The notes below the pieces were generated by a model. That model ran no database searches. It saw nothing but the letters and a program-made list of their open reading frames with translations, and was not told the origin of the DNA. Positions 31,660 to 32,000 of a DNA stretch of 32,000 nucleotides are shown one piece after another (within the stretch, counting starts at the first letter, position 1; each line of letters opens with the position of its first letter). The position numbers and the translations under genes were made by a program. This DNA is from Mycoplasma mycoides subsp. capri. GTDB lineage: Bacteria; Bacillota_I; Bacilli_A; Mycoplasmatales; Mycoplasmataceae. The stretch spans positions 180,001 through 212,000 of the forward strand of contig NZ_CP065581.1 of the NCBI RefSeq assembly GCF_018389705.1, in the 5' to 3' direction.

Positions 31660-32000
31660 ATGAGTTTTAACAAATTAGATCAAACTTATTTAGATTGAAT
31701 TAATCATCCTAATTTAGATCAAGAATTAAAAGAATTATTAAATAAAGCAGATGATAATGAATTAAATGCTGCTTTTAATTTGGAATTAAAATTTGGAACA
31801 GCAGGAATTAGAGGAATACTAGGAGCTGGTCCTGGTAGATTTAATGTTTATACTATTAAAAAAGTAACAATAGCTTATGCTAAATTATTACAAACAAAAT
31901 ATAGTAATGACTTAAATAAAGGTGTTGTTATTGGTCATGATAATAGACATAATTCTAAAAAATTTGCTAAATTAGTAGCAGATATTTTAACAAGTTTTAA
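31660..32000 (+). CDS. Phosphomannomutase/phosphoglucomutase family (3' truncated by window)
   Basis: MSFNKLDQTYLDWINHPNL...NLELKFGTAGIRGILGAGPGRFNVYTIKKVTIAYA...GVVIGHDNRHNS. RBS AAGGAG. Confidence 0.9.

Noticed and set aside
1-32000. Apparent widespread gene fragmentation/pseudogenes in the supplied ORF track
   Set aside because: Breaks are consistently TGA codons inside conserved domains, e.g. purA GSQ-W-GDEG; explained by TGA=Trp (mycoplasma code), not decay.
1-32000. tRNA/rRNA genes or complete insertion sequences
   Set aside because: No GC-elevated cloverleaf-like or rRNA segments noticed, and no DDE/integrase coding sequence found; the nrdE-flanked segment has no recombinase of its own.

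Overview
AT-rich mollicute-type sequence in which TGA must be read as Trp: almost every long reading frame is interrupted only by TGA, and removing those breaks restores full-length known families. The supplied ORF track therefore fragments most genes. Gene content resembles the Mycoplasma mycoides/capricolum group (inference). From left to right: the 3' end of nrdE; a small accessory segment (DUF285/BspA-like repeat protein plus a type II restriction-modification pair) bracketed by a 96-bp direct repeat of the nrdE 3' end; purA-purB-hpt; a glycan-utilisation operon (lipoprotein, fructose/mannosylglycerate-type PTS EIIBC, GH38 alpha-mannosidase, EIIA, ROK kinase, GH1, MupG/DUF871-like protein) preceded by a 19-A tract; a solitary Fic-domain protein; two tandem ~1000-aa coiled-coil proteins with lipoprotein-like leaders that lack the lipobox cysteine; an alpha/beta hydrolase; an IS3-OrfA-like HTH protein without an orfB partner; deoD; a hypothetical protein; a fruR-like regulator, fruK and fruA; deoA; and the 5' part of a phosphomannomutase/phosphoglucomutase gene. 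The strongest non-routine observations are the nrdE-tail-flanked R-M/DUF285 segment, the paired giant coiled-coil proteins, the poly-A tract and inverted repeat at the glycan operon promoter, the 10-bp-phased TTGG array upstream of the fru operon, and the muramidase-like (MupG) gene in a presumably wall-less organism.
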